DNA of 64,000 bases from Chthoniobacterales bacterium (lineage in GTDB: Bacteria; Verrucomicrobiota; Verrucomicrobiia; Chthoniobacterales; UBA10450): contig JBPCLK010000050.1 of NCBI GenBank assembly GCA_051003355.1, forward strand, positions 2,468 to 66,467. Direction: 5' to 3'. Under the pieces are notes generated by a model. The model had not been told where the DNA came from, did not search any database, and saw only the letters and a list, made by a program, of their open reading frames with translations. Position 1 is the stretch's first letter, and each line of letters starts with the position of its first letter. A program made the position numbers and the translations under genes. Below are positions 19,665 through 28,475 of this stretch, piece after piece.

Positions 19665-19717
19665 CCCGCCCGGCGTTTCTCGTTGCCGTGAAGAGGAAGC
19701 CTTTTCCGTGAAGGTGT

Positions 19718-21247
19718 ATGTTTGCGTTGATGAAACGCGTCTTTGGTTTGGAAACGGAGTACGGCATCACGATCGACGGCGCGGAATCGGTCGACGTCGT
19801 CACGGAATCGATCGAGCTCGTGCGCGGCTACACCGAACACGGTGCCCACATGAAATGGGATTACGACCTGGAAGACCCGCACCGCGACGCGCGCGGCTTT
19901 CGCGCGGCGGAGTTGCTTCAAGACACCGATGAATCGGCCTATTTCGAGATCGATCGCAAGCGCCCGCTGAGTTTTGAAGAGATAAAGAGCGACTTGGTTC
20001 TGAGTAACGGGGCGCGCTTCTACAACGACCACGCGCATCCCGAGTATTCGACCCCGGAATGCGCGACGCTGCGCGACCTGGTGGCGCAAGACAAGGCGGG
20101 CGAGCGTATCCTGGCGGAATGCGCACGGCGCCGAAACCTGAAGTTACCTAACGAACAGGCCGTTCGCCTTTACAAGAACAACACTGACTTTTCGGGTCAC
20201 AGCTACGGTTGCCACGATAACTACCTCATGCGGCGCGACGTCCCTTGGGATCAGCTCGTAGCGGGGGTCATGCCCTTTCTCATTACCCGTCAGATCTTCG
20301 CTGGCGCCGGCAAAATGGGCATTGAAGCCGAAGGGGCGGCCGGACAGCCGGGGATTTATCAAATCTCCCAGCGCGCCGACTTCTTTTCCGTGCTGGTAAG
20401 CATCGACACCATGAATCGCCGGCCACTGGTCAACACGCGGGATGAACCACACGCCGACCCAAGTCTTTATCGGCGTTTTCACGTTATTCTGGGTGACGCC
20501 AATATGAGTGAGTGGGCCACGGCCCTGAAAATAGGAACGCTGGCGCTGGTGCTCGATCTGATCGAGCGCGGCCTGGCGCCACAAATCGAAATCGCGCAGC
20601 CGATTAACGCCACCAAATCGATCAGCCGGGATCAGACTTACGACTGGATTATCGAGCTCAGCGACGGTCGCAAAATTTCCGCCATTGATGTCCAAAGGAT
20701 CTATCTGGAAGCGGCGAAAAAAGCGGCCTTGGAACCGGATACCGAATTCGATTTGATCGTTGGGGAATGGGAGACGGTTTTAAACGACTTGGAACGGGAT
20801 TTTCATCTCTGTCGCGACCGGGTCGACTGGGTAGCGAAAAAGGATTTGCTCGAATCTCTCAGAGACGAAGAGCAGTTATCCTGGAGCGATCCGTGGCTGC
20901 AAGCGATCGATCTCGAATATCACAATATCGCGCCGGAAACCGGACTTTACTACGAACTGCTCAGCCAGGGGGCGATGCGACGCTTTGTTACCGAAGCAGA
21001 GATTAAGCACGCCATTTTCGCGCCTCCTGAAGACACCAGAGCTTACTTTAGAGGCCGGTCGGTGGCTCGCTTCGATTCGCAGATTAAATCCATCCAGTGG
21101 GACGAGATGGTTTTTTCACACAAAACTACAACTCAGCGGATTCAACTACTGCATCCAAATGAAAATCCGCGGCTCGCAGCGCTGAACAAAGCAGCGCGCG
21201 AAGCCGCGGATTATCAAGAGTTCATCCGGGCCGTGGCAGCAGTCTAA
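19718..21247 (+). CDS. Pup-ligase/deamidase family protein (PafA/Dop homolog)
   Basis: Contains VFGLETEYGIT and GARFYNDHAHPEYSTPEC family motifs. 509 aa, which is Dop-like in length. An alternative start is ATG 19730. Lies 54 nt after hypE on the same strand. Confidence 0.8.
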   Translation: MFALMKRVFGLETEYGITIDGAESVDVVTESIELVRGYTEHGAHMKWDYDLEDPHRDARGFRAAELLQDTDESAYFEIDRKRPLSFEEIKSDLVLSNGARFYNDHAHPEYSTPECATLRDLVAQDKAGERILAECARRRNLKLPNEQAVRLYKNNTDFSGHSYGCHDNYLMRRDVPWDQLVAGVMPFLITRQIFAGAGKMGIEAEGAAGQPGIYQISQRADFFSVLVSIDTMNRRPLVNTRDEPHADPSLYRRFHVILGDANMSEWATALKIGTLALVLDLIERGLAPQIEIAQPINATKSISRDQTYDWIIELSDGRKISAIDVQRIYLEAAKKAALEPDTEFDLIVGEWETVLNDLERDFHLCRDRVDWVAKKDLLESLRDEEQLSWSDPWLQAIDLEYHNIAPETGLYYELLSQGAMRRFVTEAEIKHAIFAPPEDTRAYFRGRSVARFDSQIKSIQWDEMVFSHKTTTQRIQLLHPNENPRLAALNKAAREAADYQEFIRAVAAV

Positions 21248-21274
21248 GCGACGCCGTCCGACGAACCCAAGAAG

Positions 21275-21694
21275 TTAGCCTTTACGGCGAGCCGCCCAAC
21301 GAGCCTTCATCATTTGAGAAAGCTTCTTACGACCAGCAGCTGAAATTCCGCCACCCTTGCGCCCGGACTTCTTCGTCTTGGCAGCCTTAGGAGCCGATGT
21401 CTTGGCGCTGGCTGTGCTTCCACCGCCGGCGGCTTTGGCCCGAGCCCAACGAGCCCGCGCGGCCGCAGCGATACGTTCACGTCCTGCCGCGGAAAGTCCG
21501 CCGCGGCGCTTCCGGGAGCCTTTTTTGCTACTCGACGAAGAAGGTGCGCTGGCAGTGCTCGGGGCGGCACTGGGAGCAGTTGATCCACGCAGGATACCAT
21601 CGAGTCGGTTTTGCAGTTCGTTGATCTGTCTTTTGAGATCTACTGCATCTTCCAGTTGTTTAAGAGATACGTCCATGGCGGAGTTATAAGCCAT
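21275..21694 (-). CDS. Basic Ala/Lys/Arg-rich protein with an N-terminal coiled coil and two tandem ...SAAGR..(8-9 aa)..ARWA... repeats
   Basis: 139 aa. The repeats are GGLSAAGRERIAAAARARWARAK and GGISAAGRKKLSQMMKARWAARRK. Possibly nucleic-acid binding. Confidence 0.6.
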   Translation of the reverse strand: MAYNSAMDVSLKQLEDAVDLKRQINELQNRLDGILRGSTAPSAAPSTASAPSSSSSKKGSRKRRGGLSAAGRERIAAAARARWARAKAAGGGSTASAKTSAPKAAKTKKSGRKGGGISAAGRKKLSQMMKARWAARRKG

Positions 21695-21805
21695 GCTGAA
21701 GATTCAGCAAGTGATGTTTTAGCCTGACTAACCAGACTCCATAAGTCGGCAACGCTCGCCCAAAGACTAACGCGGCCTACGAGATGACCCAGTTACGGAG
21801 ATCCG

Positions 21806-24361
21806 TTAGGCCCAGGTGATAAGCCTCAACTCGTGAGCCTGTAGCAAATGTGGATAGGTGGGGACGACCCGCACATTAAAGCCATAGGTGCCGCTTTCTG
21901 AAGCCTGGACGGAACCTTCGTACAAGTACTCTCCCTCCGCATCAAGGCGGCGGGCTTGCGCCATGACCGTCACGCTGGGATTGCGTAAGACATCATTTTC
22001 AGCCTCGCCGTGATAAGCTTCCACCCGGACGTGTTGTGGGTCGACTGCGCCTAGGTGAACGCGCGCCGCAACCCTAAGCGAATCACCCACGTGGATGTTT
22101 TGCCGATCCTGGTTACCGATTTGCACATCCAGGATCCCAACTTGTGGCCAATCCCTCCGCATCTGCGCTTTCCATTGGCTTAGGTCCGTCGCCGCGCGCC
22201 AGCCATCGCGGGAGAACTCCTGGTGTGCCTTGGCAGAGGGAACATAGAGGCGTTCCGTATATTCCTTGACCATGCGGTGCGTGTTAAAGACTGGGGTCAC
22301 GCTGCGGATCGACTCGCGCATTAACTGCAGCCAGGCGAGCGGAAGTTTCCCGTCTGGCTTCGCGTAATAGAGCGGAATGACCTGATTCTCCAAGAGTTGG
22401 TAGAGACTCGTAGCGTCCACCTCGTTTTGGAATTCACCGTCACCATCTTCAATCTCCGCTCCGATGGCCCAACCATTCTTGGCATTATAACCTTCGCACC
22501 ACCAGCCATCGAGCACGCTTAGATTCAGGCCGCCGTTAGGCGGGAGTTTCATTCCGCTGGTGCCGCTGGCTTCCAGAGGACGGAGCGGGTTATTCAGCCA
22601 AAGATCGACTCCCTGCACGAGCCGGCGCGCGATGTAGGTGTCGTAGTCTTCGACAAAGACGATGCGATTATGAAAACCGGTCTCCCTGGTCAGCTTGTAA
22701 ACTTCCTGAATGAGAGCCTTGCCGCCTTCATCACGAGGATGCGATTTTCCGGCAAAAATAAATTGCACCGGTCGCACCAGGTCGTTGAGCATGCGCAAGA
22801 GACGATCCGGGTCACTGAAGAGAAGCGCGCCACGCTTATAGGTGGCAAAGCGCCTGGCGAAACCAATCGTGAGGATTTCCGGATCGAGAATCGAATTAAC
22901 CGAACGCAAAGACTCAGGCGACTCGCCGATGCGAGTGCGCCGGGCCCGGACACGGTCGCGCACAAAATGAACCAGGCGGAGCTTCAGCTTCTGGTGAGTC
23001 TCCCAGAGTTCCGCATCAGGAATCTCGAGCACTCCACGCCAGAAGTCCGCCTCGGTAAGATGTTCTTCCCAGGAACCGAGATACTTGGTGTAAAGAGCCG
23101 AAAACTCGGGTGCCATCCAGGTCTTGGTATGAATCCCGTTGGTGATGCTGGTGATGGGGACTTCGTGAGTCGGCACTCCTGCCCACACATCCTGCCAGAG
23201 TGATTGGCTGACCTGACCATGCAAGACGCTCACGCCGTTGGCATGCCGGCTCATGCGCAAGGCCAGAATGGTCATGCTAAAACTGGCGATCGGATCAGTG
23301 GTTGTCTGGCCGAAGCGAAATAGGTCGTCGAAGGGAATGCGCAGCTGGGTGGCAAAGTCGCTGAAGTAGCGCACCATCATGTCACGCGGAAAAGCGTCAT
23401 TGCCGGCGGGCACCGGCGTATGAGTGGTAAAGACATTCGCCGCCGCGACCACCTGTAGGGCTGAGTAAAAATCCAGATTATGCTGCGTGACGTGCAGGCG
23501 GATGCGCTCGAGCGAGAGGAAGGCCGAGTGACCTTCGTTCATGTGAAAGACTTCCGCCTCATGGCCGAGCGCGCTGAGTGCCTTCACCCCGCCGATGCCG
23601 AGAACGATCTCCTGTCGCATCCGCATCTCGAGGTCACCACCATATAACTCGGCGGTGATGAGCCGATCTTCGGCCGAATTCTCGGCGATGTCGGTATCGA
23701 GGAGATAAAGGCGAATGCGCCCCACCTGCAGCTCCCAAATCTTGGCATAGACCTCGCGGCCCAGTAACGAAACGCCAATCAGGAGGATTTGATCGTTACG
23801 CATCACCTCGCGGATCGGGAGGTGGTGATAGTTCTGGTTCAGGTTAATCGCTTCCTGCCATCCATCCTTATTGATCTGCTGCTTGAAGTAGCCGTGCCGG
23901 TAGAGCAATCCGACCGCGATAAAGTTCAGATCCAGATCACTGGCTGACTTGCAATGGTCGCCCGAGAGAATGCCGAGGCCACCTGAGTAATTCGGAATCG
24001 ATTCATGAAAGCCAAACTCGGCGGAGAAATAGGCAATCGGTTTCCTTATCTCTTTACCCGCACCCTGCTTCCCGTAGGTATCTTTGCGCTCCAGATATTT
24101 CTTATAGGCGGCGTGCACATCCGCCAGATCGCGCAGAAAGACTTCGTCTTTGGCGACTTCGAGCAGCCTGGCTTGGCGCGACAGTTGCAACATCCGCACA
24201 GGATTATGATTGGTGCGATCCCAGAGTTCCGGATCGAGATGCCGGAAAAGTCGGCGGGCCGACGGTTCCCAAGTCCACCAGAGGTTAAAGACGATCTCAC
24301 GCAGCGGTTCTAGCTGCGCCGGAAGATTAGGAATTACGTTATAGGTCTGGAAAGTCGGCAT
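21806..24361 (-). CDS. glgP: Alpha-glucan (glycogen/maltodextrin) phosphorylase, GT35
   Basis: 851 aa. The motif YFSAEFGFHESIPNYSGGLGILSGDHCKSASDL is typical of the alpha-glucan phosphorylase family. Confidence 0.9.
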   Translation of the reverse strand: MPTFQTYNVIPNLPAQLEPLREIVFNLWWTWEPSARRLFRHLDPELWDRTNHNPVRMLQLSRQARLLEVAKDEVFLRDLADVHAAYKKYLERKDTYGKQGAGKEIRKPIAYFSAEFGFHESIPNYSGGLGILSGDHCKSASDLDLNFIAVGLLYRHGYFKQQINKDGWQEAINLNQNYHHLPIREVMRNDQILLIGVSLLGREVYAKIWELQVGRIRLYLLDTDIAENSAEDRLITAELYGGDLEMRMRQEIVLGIGGVKALSALGHEAEVFHMNEGHSAFLSLERIRLHVTQHNLDFYSALQVVAAANVFTTHTPVPAGNDAFPRDMMVRYFSDFATQLRIPFDDLFRFGQTTTDPIASFSMTILALRMSRHANGVSVLHGQVSQSLWQDVWAGVPTHEVPITSITNGIHTKTWMAPEFSALYTKYLGSWEEHLTEADFWRGVLEIPDAELWETHQKLKLRLVHFVRDRVRARRTRIGESPESLRSVNSILDPEILTIGFARRFATYKRGALLFSDPDRLLRMLNDLVRPVQFIFAGKSHPRDEGGKALIQEVYKLTRETGFHNRIVFVEDYDTYIARRLVQGVDLWLNNPLRPLEASGTSGMKLPPNGGLNLSVLDGWWCEGYNAKNGWAIGAEIEDGDGEFQNEVDATSLYQLLENQVIPLYYAKPDGKLPLAWLQLMRESIRSVTPVFNTHRMVKEYTERLYVPSAKAHQEFSRDGWRAATDLSQWKAQMRRDWPQVGILDVQIGNQDRQNIHVGDSLRVAARVHLGAVDPQHVRVEAYHGEAENDVLRNPSVTVMAQARRLDAEGEYLYEGSVQASESGTYGFNVRVVPTYPHLLQAHELRLITWA

Positions 24362-24449
24362 GGCGAAAAAAGCGCGCCCTTTAAGAGAGGCGGAATAGTG
24401 GCAGCAAAAACATTAGCAGCAAGCGTTCCGTTTCGCAGGGCGCGGTAAA

Positions 24450-26030
24450 TTATCCGGCCTGAGCTGGGGGCATGTGTTCCGGAATTCGTTGGTTTGAGGC
24501 AACCAGCACTCCAAGGAGAAGACCGCTGGCAAAGCCACTCAGGTGAGCGGAAAGACTGACTTCAGGACGCCAAAGATCGAAGGCGGTCTGGATCGCCACG
24601 ATCGCAATGAAGTTCTTTAGCTGACGCCCCGCCAGCGGCGATTGGCGATGACGAATGAGGAGACCGGCTGAGATCCCGATGACTCCCATAATGCAACCCG
24701 AGGCGCCGACCAGTAGATCAGATTTCGTCAGTCCGAGCGACCACAGGATCACAACTCCTGCGCTGGAACCAAGACCGCTTAAGAGATAGCCGAGGATAAA
24801 CTTGGTCGCGCCAATCAACCGTTCCAAAGATGGACCCAGTATGTAGAGACCGAGAAGATTGACCCCGAGATGCAGGATCCCGTAGTGGAGGAAAAGAGCT
24901 GTGAGCAGGCGCCAGTATTCGTGATCCGCGATGACTGCCGCAGGCTCCAGCGCTCCAAGATTCTGCAAAGTCAGGGTGTTGCTGGAACCTCCCATCATGA
25001 TTTCCACGCCGAACATCGCGACGTTGAGAAGGATAAGGGCCCAGACCGCCGGAGCACCGGTGGCCGGCTGTCTGGCGTGAGGCCCACGTTTCGGAGAGAT
25101 CTCGCTGAGCAGGCGCGCAGAGAGCCGCTCAGAGCTGGGAGAAAGTTGGGATGGTGCGGGAGGATGAGCCAGGCGCCGGTCGATCGAACGTCGCAGGACC
25201 GCGTCGGAGGTCGTGGCCTGCACCCGCTGCAACCGTTCGCTCGCCGCGGCGAGCTGACCACTAGTCAACTCCGCGGTCGCCAGCCAAAATTGCTGTTGAT
25301 CAGCCGGCATCCGCCGCAGATCACCCTGCCAAAGCCTGACCAGATCCTCCGAGCGACCGGTGAAAGCGGCTCCCAGCGCCAGATTGAAGGCCCAAGGCAA
25401 ATCACTCGTTAGGCGCGGCTCCCTTGCTTCCGCCTGCGTCGCGAGCAAGGCGATTTGCGCAGGCTGCGCGCCGATTTCGCCCAGCGCACGACCATAGAGC
25501 GGAAGCACCGCAGGATTTCTGAGCAGAGAGAGATCGCGCTGGCACCACTGCACCAAGCCCGCCCAATTCTCGGTCAGCGCGAACGTCAGCGCGGTGGCCC
25601 ACGCGCCCGCGGGCGTGGCAGCAGTCCGTTCCCTGGCCAGCTGATCGAGCGCCAGATCGAGCCGGCCGCTCCTGGCTTGTTCGAGACAGCCAACCAGAGA
25701 AGGTCGGTAAGGAGAGTCTTCCCAGGGATGCACTGCTCGCCTAACGACCGCCAGGCGGCGAGCTTCTGGCAGACGCCCGGAGAGCAGCAGTTCCTCGATC
25801 TTTCTCTCCGCGAGCGAGGGTAAGAGAAGCAGCAGGAACCAAAGCGCGCCTCCGATGAAGCCTGCGAGCGCAGGAACCACCAGCCACGCCAGTCCGCAGC
25901 CCACCAATACCACCAGGGCGGCCACTCTCCAGCCGTGATTGCGTGAGTCGCGCAACCGCGCGATGCGCACCAGCAAGATCAGTGGGGACACCACCGCGAG
26001 GAAGAGCAGAATGTGATTGAGATCGATCAA
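24450..26030 (-). CDS. Rhomboid-family intramembrane serine protease with an N-terminal TM plus helical-repeat domain
   Basis: The C-terminal half carries HLGVNLLGLYILG, the catalytic GASGCIMG and AHLSGFASGLL. Confidence 0.8.
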   Translation of the reverse strand: MIDLNHILLFLAVVSPLILLVRIARLRDSRNHGWRVAALVVLVGCGLAWLVVPALAGFIGGALWFLLLLLPSLAERKIEELLLSGRLPEARRLAVVRRAVHPWEDSPYRPSLVGCLEQARSGRLDLALDQLARERTAATPAGAWATALTFALTENWAGLVQWCQRDLSLLRNPAVLPLYGRALGEIGAQPAQIALLATQAEAREPRLTSDLPWAFNLALGAAFTGRSEDLVRLWQGDLRRMPADQQQFWLATAELTSGQLAAASERLQRVQATTSDAVLRRSIDRRLAHPPAPSQLSPSSERLSARLLSEISPKRGPHARQPATGAPAVWALILLNVAMFGVEIMMGGSSNTLTLQNLGALEPAAVIADHEYWRLLTALFLHYGILHLGVNLLGLYILGPSLERLIGATKFILGYLLSGLGSSAGVVILWSLGLTKSDLLVGASGCIMGVIGISAGLLIRHRQSPLAGRQLKNFIAIVAIQTAFDLWRPEVSLSAHLSGFASGLLLGVLVASNQRIPEHMPPAQAG

Positions 26031-26146
26031 AGTCGCGCCGCTGGCTCTCCGATATTGCAGGTCCGTTGTTTCCCGGGTTTGTCAAACCATCCCGTGCTTC
26101 TTGTTCCAGCCTTTTGCGGGTCGCCGCCTTCGGTCATAGTAGCGCC

Positions 26147-26803
26147 ATGCGACTGACCGTGACCAACTACCTCGACGTCATCTCTTCCTGGTGCTTCTGG
26201 GCGATTCCCGCATGGCAGAATCTCCAGGAGCGCTTTACCGAGCAAGTCGACTTCCGCTGGAAGATTGCCTTGATGGACAAAGCGGCCCTCCCGCCGAGCA
26301 AGGAACACACCGAATGGTATTACCGCCGGAGCGGCATGCTCATGCGCTCGCCGGTGATGCTGAATGCCGACTGGGTCCAGCCTGGTGCGACGGAATACCT
26401 CGCCCCAAATTGCATCGCCGAAGCCGCCCGCGACTTGGGCATTGAGGATGATCGCGTTTGGCTGGCCTTGATTAAAGCAGAGTTGCTCGAGGGTAAAAAG
26501 ATCGCGCAATGGAAAGTCTCCGCAGAACTTGCCGCGCAGGCGGGCGGGCTGGATGCGGTGGCCCTTATGGAACGAGCGCAAACGCCCGAGATCGAAACTC
26601 GCGTGCGCGCCAGCACGGCCGATTTCCACGCCCTCCAAGTGACCCAGCGCCCGACTTTCGTGATCGATTCGCCAATTGGAGATCGAGCGGTTTTCTCTGG
26701 ATTCGCCAGGGCGGCCCCGATGGTCGCAACCATCGAGGCGATGCTGGATGACCTGGTGGGCTATCGCGCCCACGCGGCGCATTTCGGAGAGCCGCCAGCC
26801 TGA
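26147..26803 (+). CDS. DsbA-like thioredoxin-fold protein (single-Cys SxWC variant)
   Basis: MRLTVTNYLDVISSWCFWA resembles the N-terminus of the DsbA/FrnE/HCCA-isomerase family. Start chosen at ATG 26147. Confidence 0.55.
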   Translation: MRLTVTNYLDVISSWCFWAIPAWQNLQERFTEQVDFRWKIALMDKAALPPSKEHTEWYYRRSGMLMRSPVMLNADWVQPGATEYLAPNCIAEAARDLGIEDDRVWLALIKAELLEGKKIAQWKVSAELAAQAGGLDAVALMERAQTPEIETRVRASTADFHALQVTQRPTFVIDSPIGDRAVFSGFARAAPMVATIEAMLDDLVGYRAHAAHFGEPPA

Positions 26804-27070
26804 CGCTTCCGAAAAATCCGAATCGTAGTTAGCTCCCGAGAAAATCGGCCGGGCTTCGCTCGTCGGTTTTCCGCGGAAACGTCTTGCCAGTTTCAGAATG
26901 TCGGATACTACTTCCCCTCGGTTTGGGCGCTGGCCGCGAACCGATCGGCGCGCTCTTCGCAGGCGCGAAGATTCTTGAGTGCGGCGTGCCTCGGAAAAGG
27001 CGCGACGGGAGATTGCGACAATAAGAAAAGACGGCGTCAATCTCACTCCTTGTCGCCGGCCCGGAGATAA

Positions 27071-27664
27071 ATAACCCTGCAACAACAAATTCGTGTAAAC
27101 GGCCGGATTCGCGCTCGCGAGGTCCGTGTCATCATGGGCTCGACCAGCGAGCAACTGGGAGTCATGAAACTCTCCGAGGCCATCAAGAGGGCCCAGGGCA
27201 TGGGACTAGATCTGGTGGAAGTCGCCCCGACAGCTAACCCTCCAGTTTGCAAAATTGTCGATTTCGGAAAGTTCCGTTACGACATCTCGAAAAAGGAGAA
27301 GGAGAAGAAAGCGTCGGGAACGAAGCTGAAAGAGATTAAGTTTCGGGTCAATATCGACGGTCACGATTACCTGACAAAGATCCGGCACGGCGAACAGTTC
27401 CTCGACAAGGGCAACAAGGTGAGAGTGCAGTTACAATTCCGCGGTCGCGAAATGGCGCACCAGGGATTTGGAATGCAGCTCCTGTATCAAGTGCGCGACG
27501 ACCTTGCCACCATGGCGCAGGTCGAGATGGACCCGAAAGCCGCGGGCCGCAACATCACCATGACGCTCTCCCCGCTCCCGGCCAACAAGCGCAAGCGTCG
27601 TTTCTCTCTTGAGAACGAGGAGATCGAAGAGGACAAGGACCCCGGGGACGACGCCGAGGATTAG
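27071..27664 (+). CDS. infC: Translation initiation factor IF-3 with a non-canonical start codon
   Basis: The conserved N-terminal segment IRVNGRIRAREVRVI...EQLGVM lies upstream of the first ATG (27134). No ATG, GTG or TTG occurs after the in-frame TAA at 27068. Candidate starts are ATA 27071, CTG 27077 and ATT 27089. Confidence 0.85.
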   Translation: MTLQQQIRVNGRIRAREVRVIMGSTSEQLGVMKLSEAIKRAQGMGLDLVEVAPTANPPVCKIVDFGKFRYDISKKEKEKKASGTKLKEIKFRVNIDGHDYLTKIRHGEQFLDKGNKVRVQLQFRGREMAHQGFGMQLLYQVRDDLATMAQVEMDPKAAGRNITMTLSPLPANKRKRRFSLENEEIEEDKDPGDDAED

Positions 27665-27672
27665 AAGGTGGG

Positions 27673-28275
27673 CTAGATCTTGCGCCGCAGCGGACGCACG
27701 CTGTTGGTCAATTTTCGCAACCCCAGCTCGAGTCGAGTCTTGACCGTGCCTAACGGCGTCTTCGTGAGAGAAGAAATCTCGCGATGGCTGCGGTTCTCAA
27801 AAAAAGAAAGCTCGATCACCCGACGCTGGAAAGGAGGCAGACTGTCCATCTGCGTCCTGAGAAAACGGCGCAGGTCTGAAAGAATCAGCTCATCGGTGAT
27901 TTCATTTTTGACCCGCGTTCCGCGCTGCTGTTCGAGCTGCAGCTCAAAGCGATCCTTGGCCCGGCCGTAGGCCTGGCGGCGACGAAGGCGATCAATCGCC
28001 CTCCGTCGCGCCAGGGTCACAACCCAGCCCAAAGGTCTGCCTGCTTTCGAAGAGTAATTCCGGGCTTCTTTCCAGATCTGAAGAAAAATTTCCTGCAAGA
28101 CGTCATCCGCCTCCGCCTCTTCGTGCACGACCCGGGTCACGACGGATTTGAGCGTCTGTCCGTAGCGCTTATATAACTCCCGCAAAGCGGCCTGATGCCG
28201 GTCGGTGATCGCCTGCATGAGCGTCTCATCAGATGCTTCGGCCATACCGGGAAGGTCAATTAGAGGCTGAACCAT
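27673..28275 (-). CDS. ECF (sigma-70 family group 4) RNA polymerase sigma factor
   Basis: Region 2 (DDVLQEIFLQIW) and region 4 (SHREISSLTKTPLGTVKTRL) are present. Start chosen at MVQPL; the track ORF extends to 28347. Confidence 0.85.
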   Translation of the reverse strand: MVQPLIDLPGMAEASDETLMQAITDRHQAALRELYKRYGQTLKSVVTRVVHEEAEADDVLQEIFLQIWKEARNYSSKAGRPLGWVVTLARRRAIDRLRRRQAYGRAKDRFELQLEQQRGTRVKNEITDELILSDLRRFLRTQMDSLPPFQRRVIELSFFENRSHREISSLTKTPLGTVKTRLELGLRKLTNSVRPLRRKI

Positions 28276-28475
28276 GGGAGTTTCCAATTTAGGACAACGC
28301 CTTGCGCGTCGGCTGATGGAAACTTTGGCGGACTGCGCCAACCTCACAATTGGAAGAGAAGTGTATTAAGACCTAGGTTCAAGACCTACCTACAAAACGT
28401 GAGGATTGGGCGACCAGTTCGATTCCTGCCGGAAGAGAATGCCACCAGTCAGCGATCCGGCCAAGCGACACTGGC

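Noticed and set aside
19665-21300. Search for a Pup/UBact-like small ORF (disordered, C-terminal GGQ/GGE or similar) next to the PafA/Dop homolog
   Set aside because: No suitable ORF was found on either side. The only small disordered ORF in the operon (4129-4317) ends ...NLQPA and does not look like Pup.
26027-27154. 375-aa ORF on the minus strand
   Set aside because: It is antisense to the DsbA-like gene and runs into the infC leader. The composition is Arg/Gly/Ala-rich, typical of shadow ORFs in GC-rich DNA, with no recognisable motifs.
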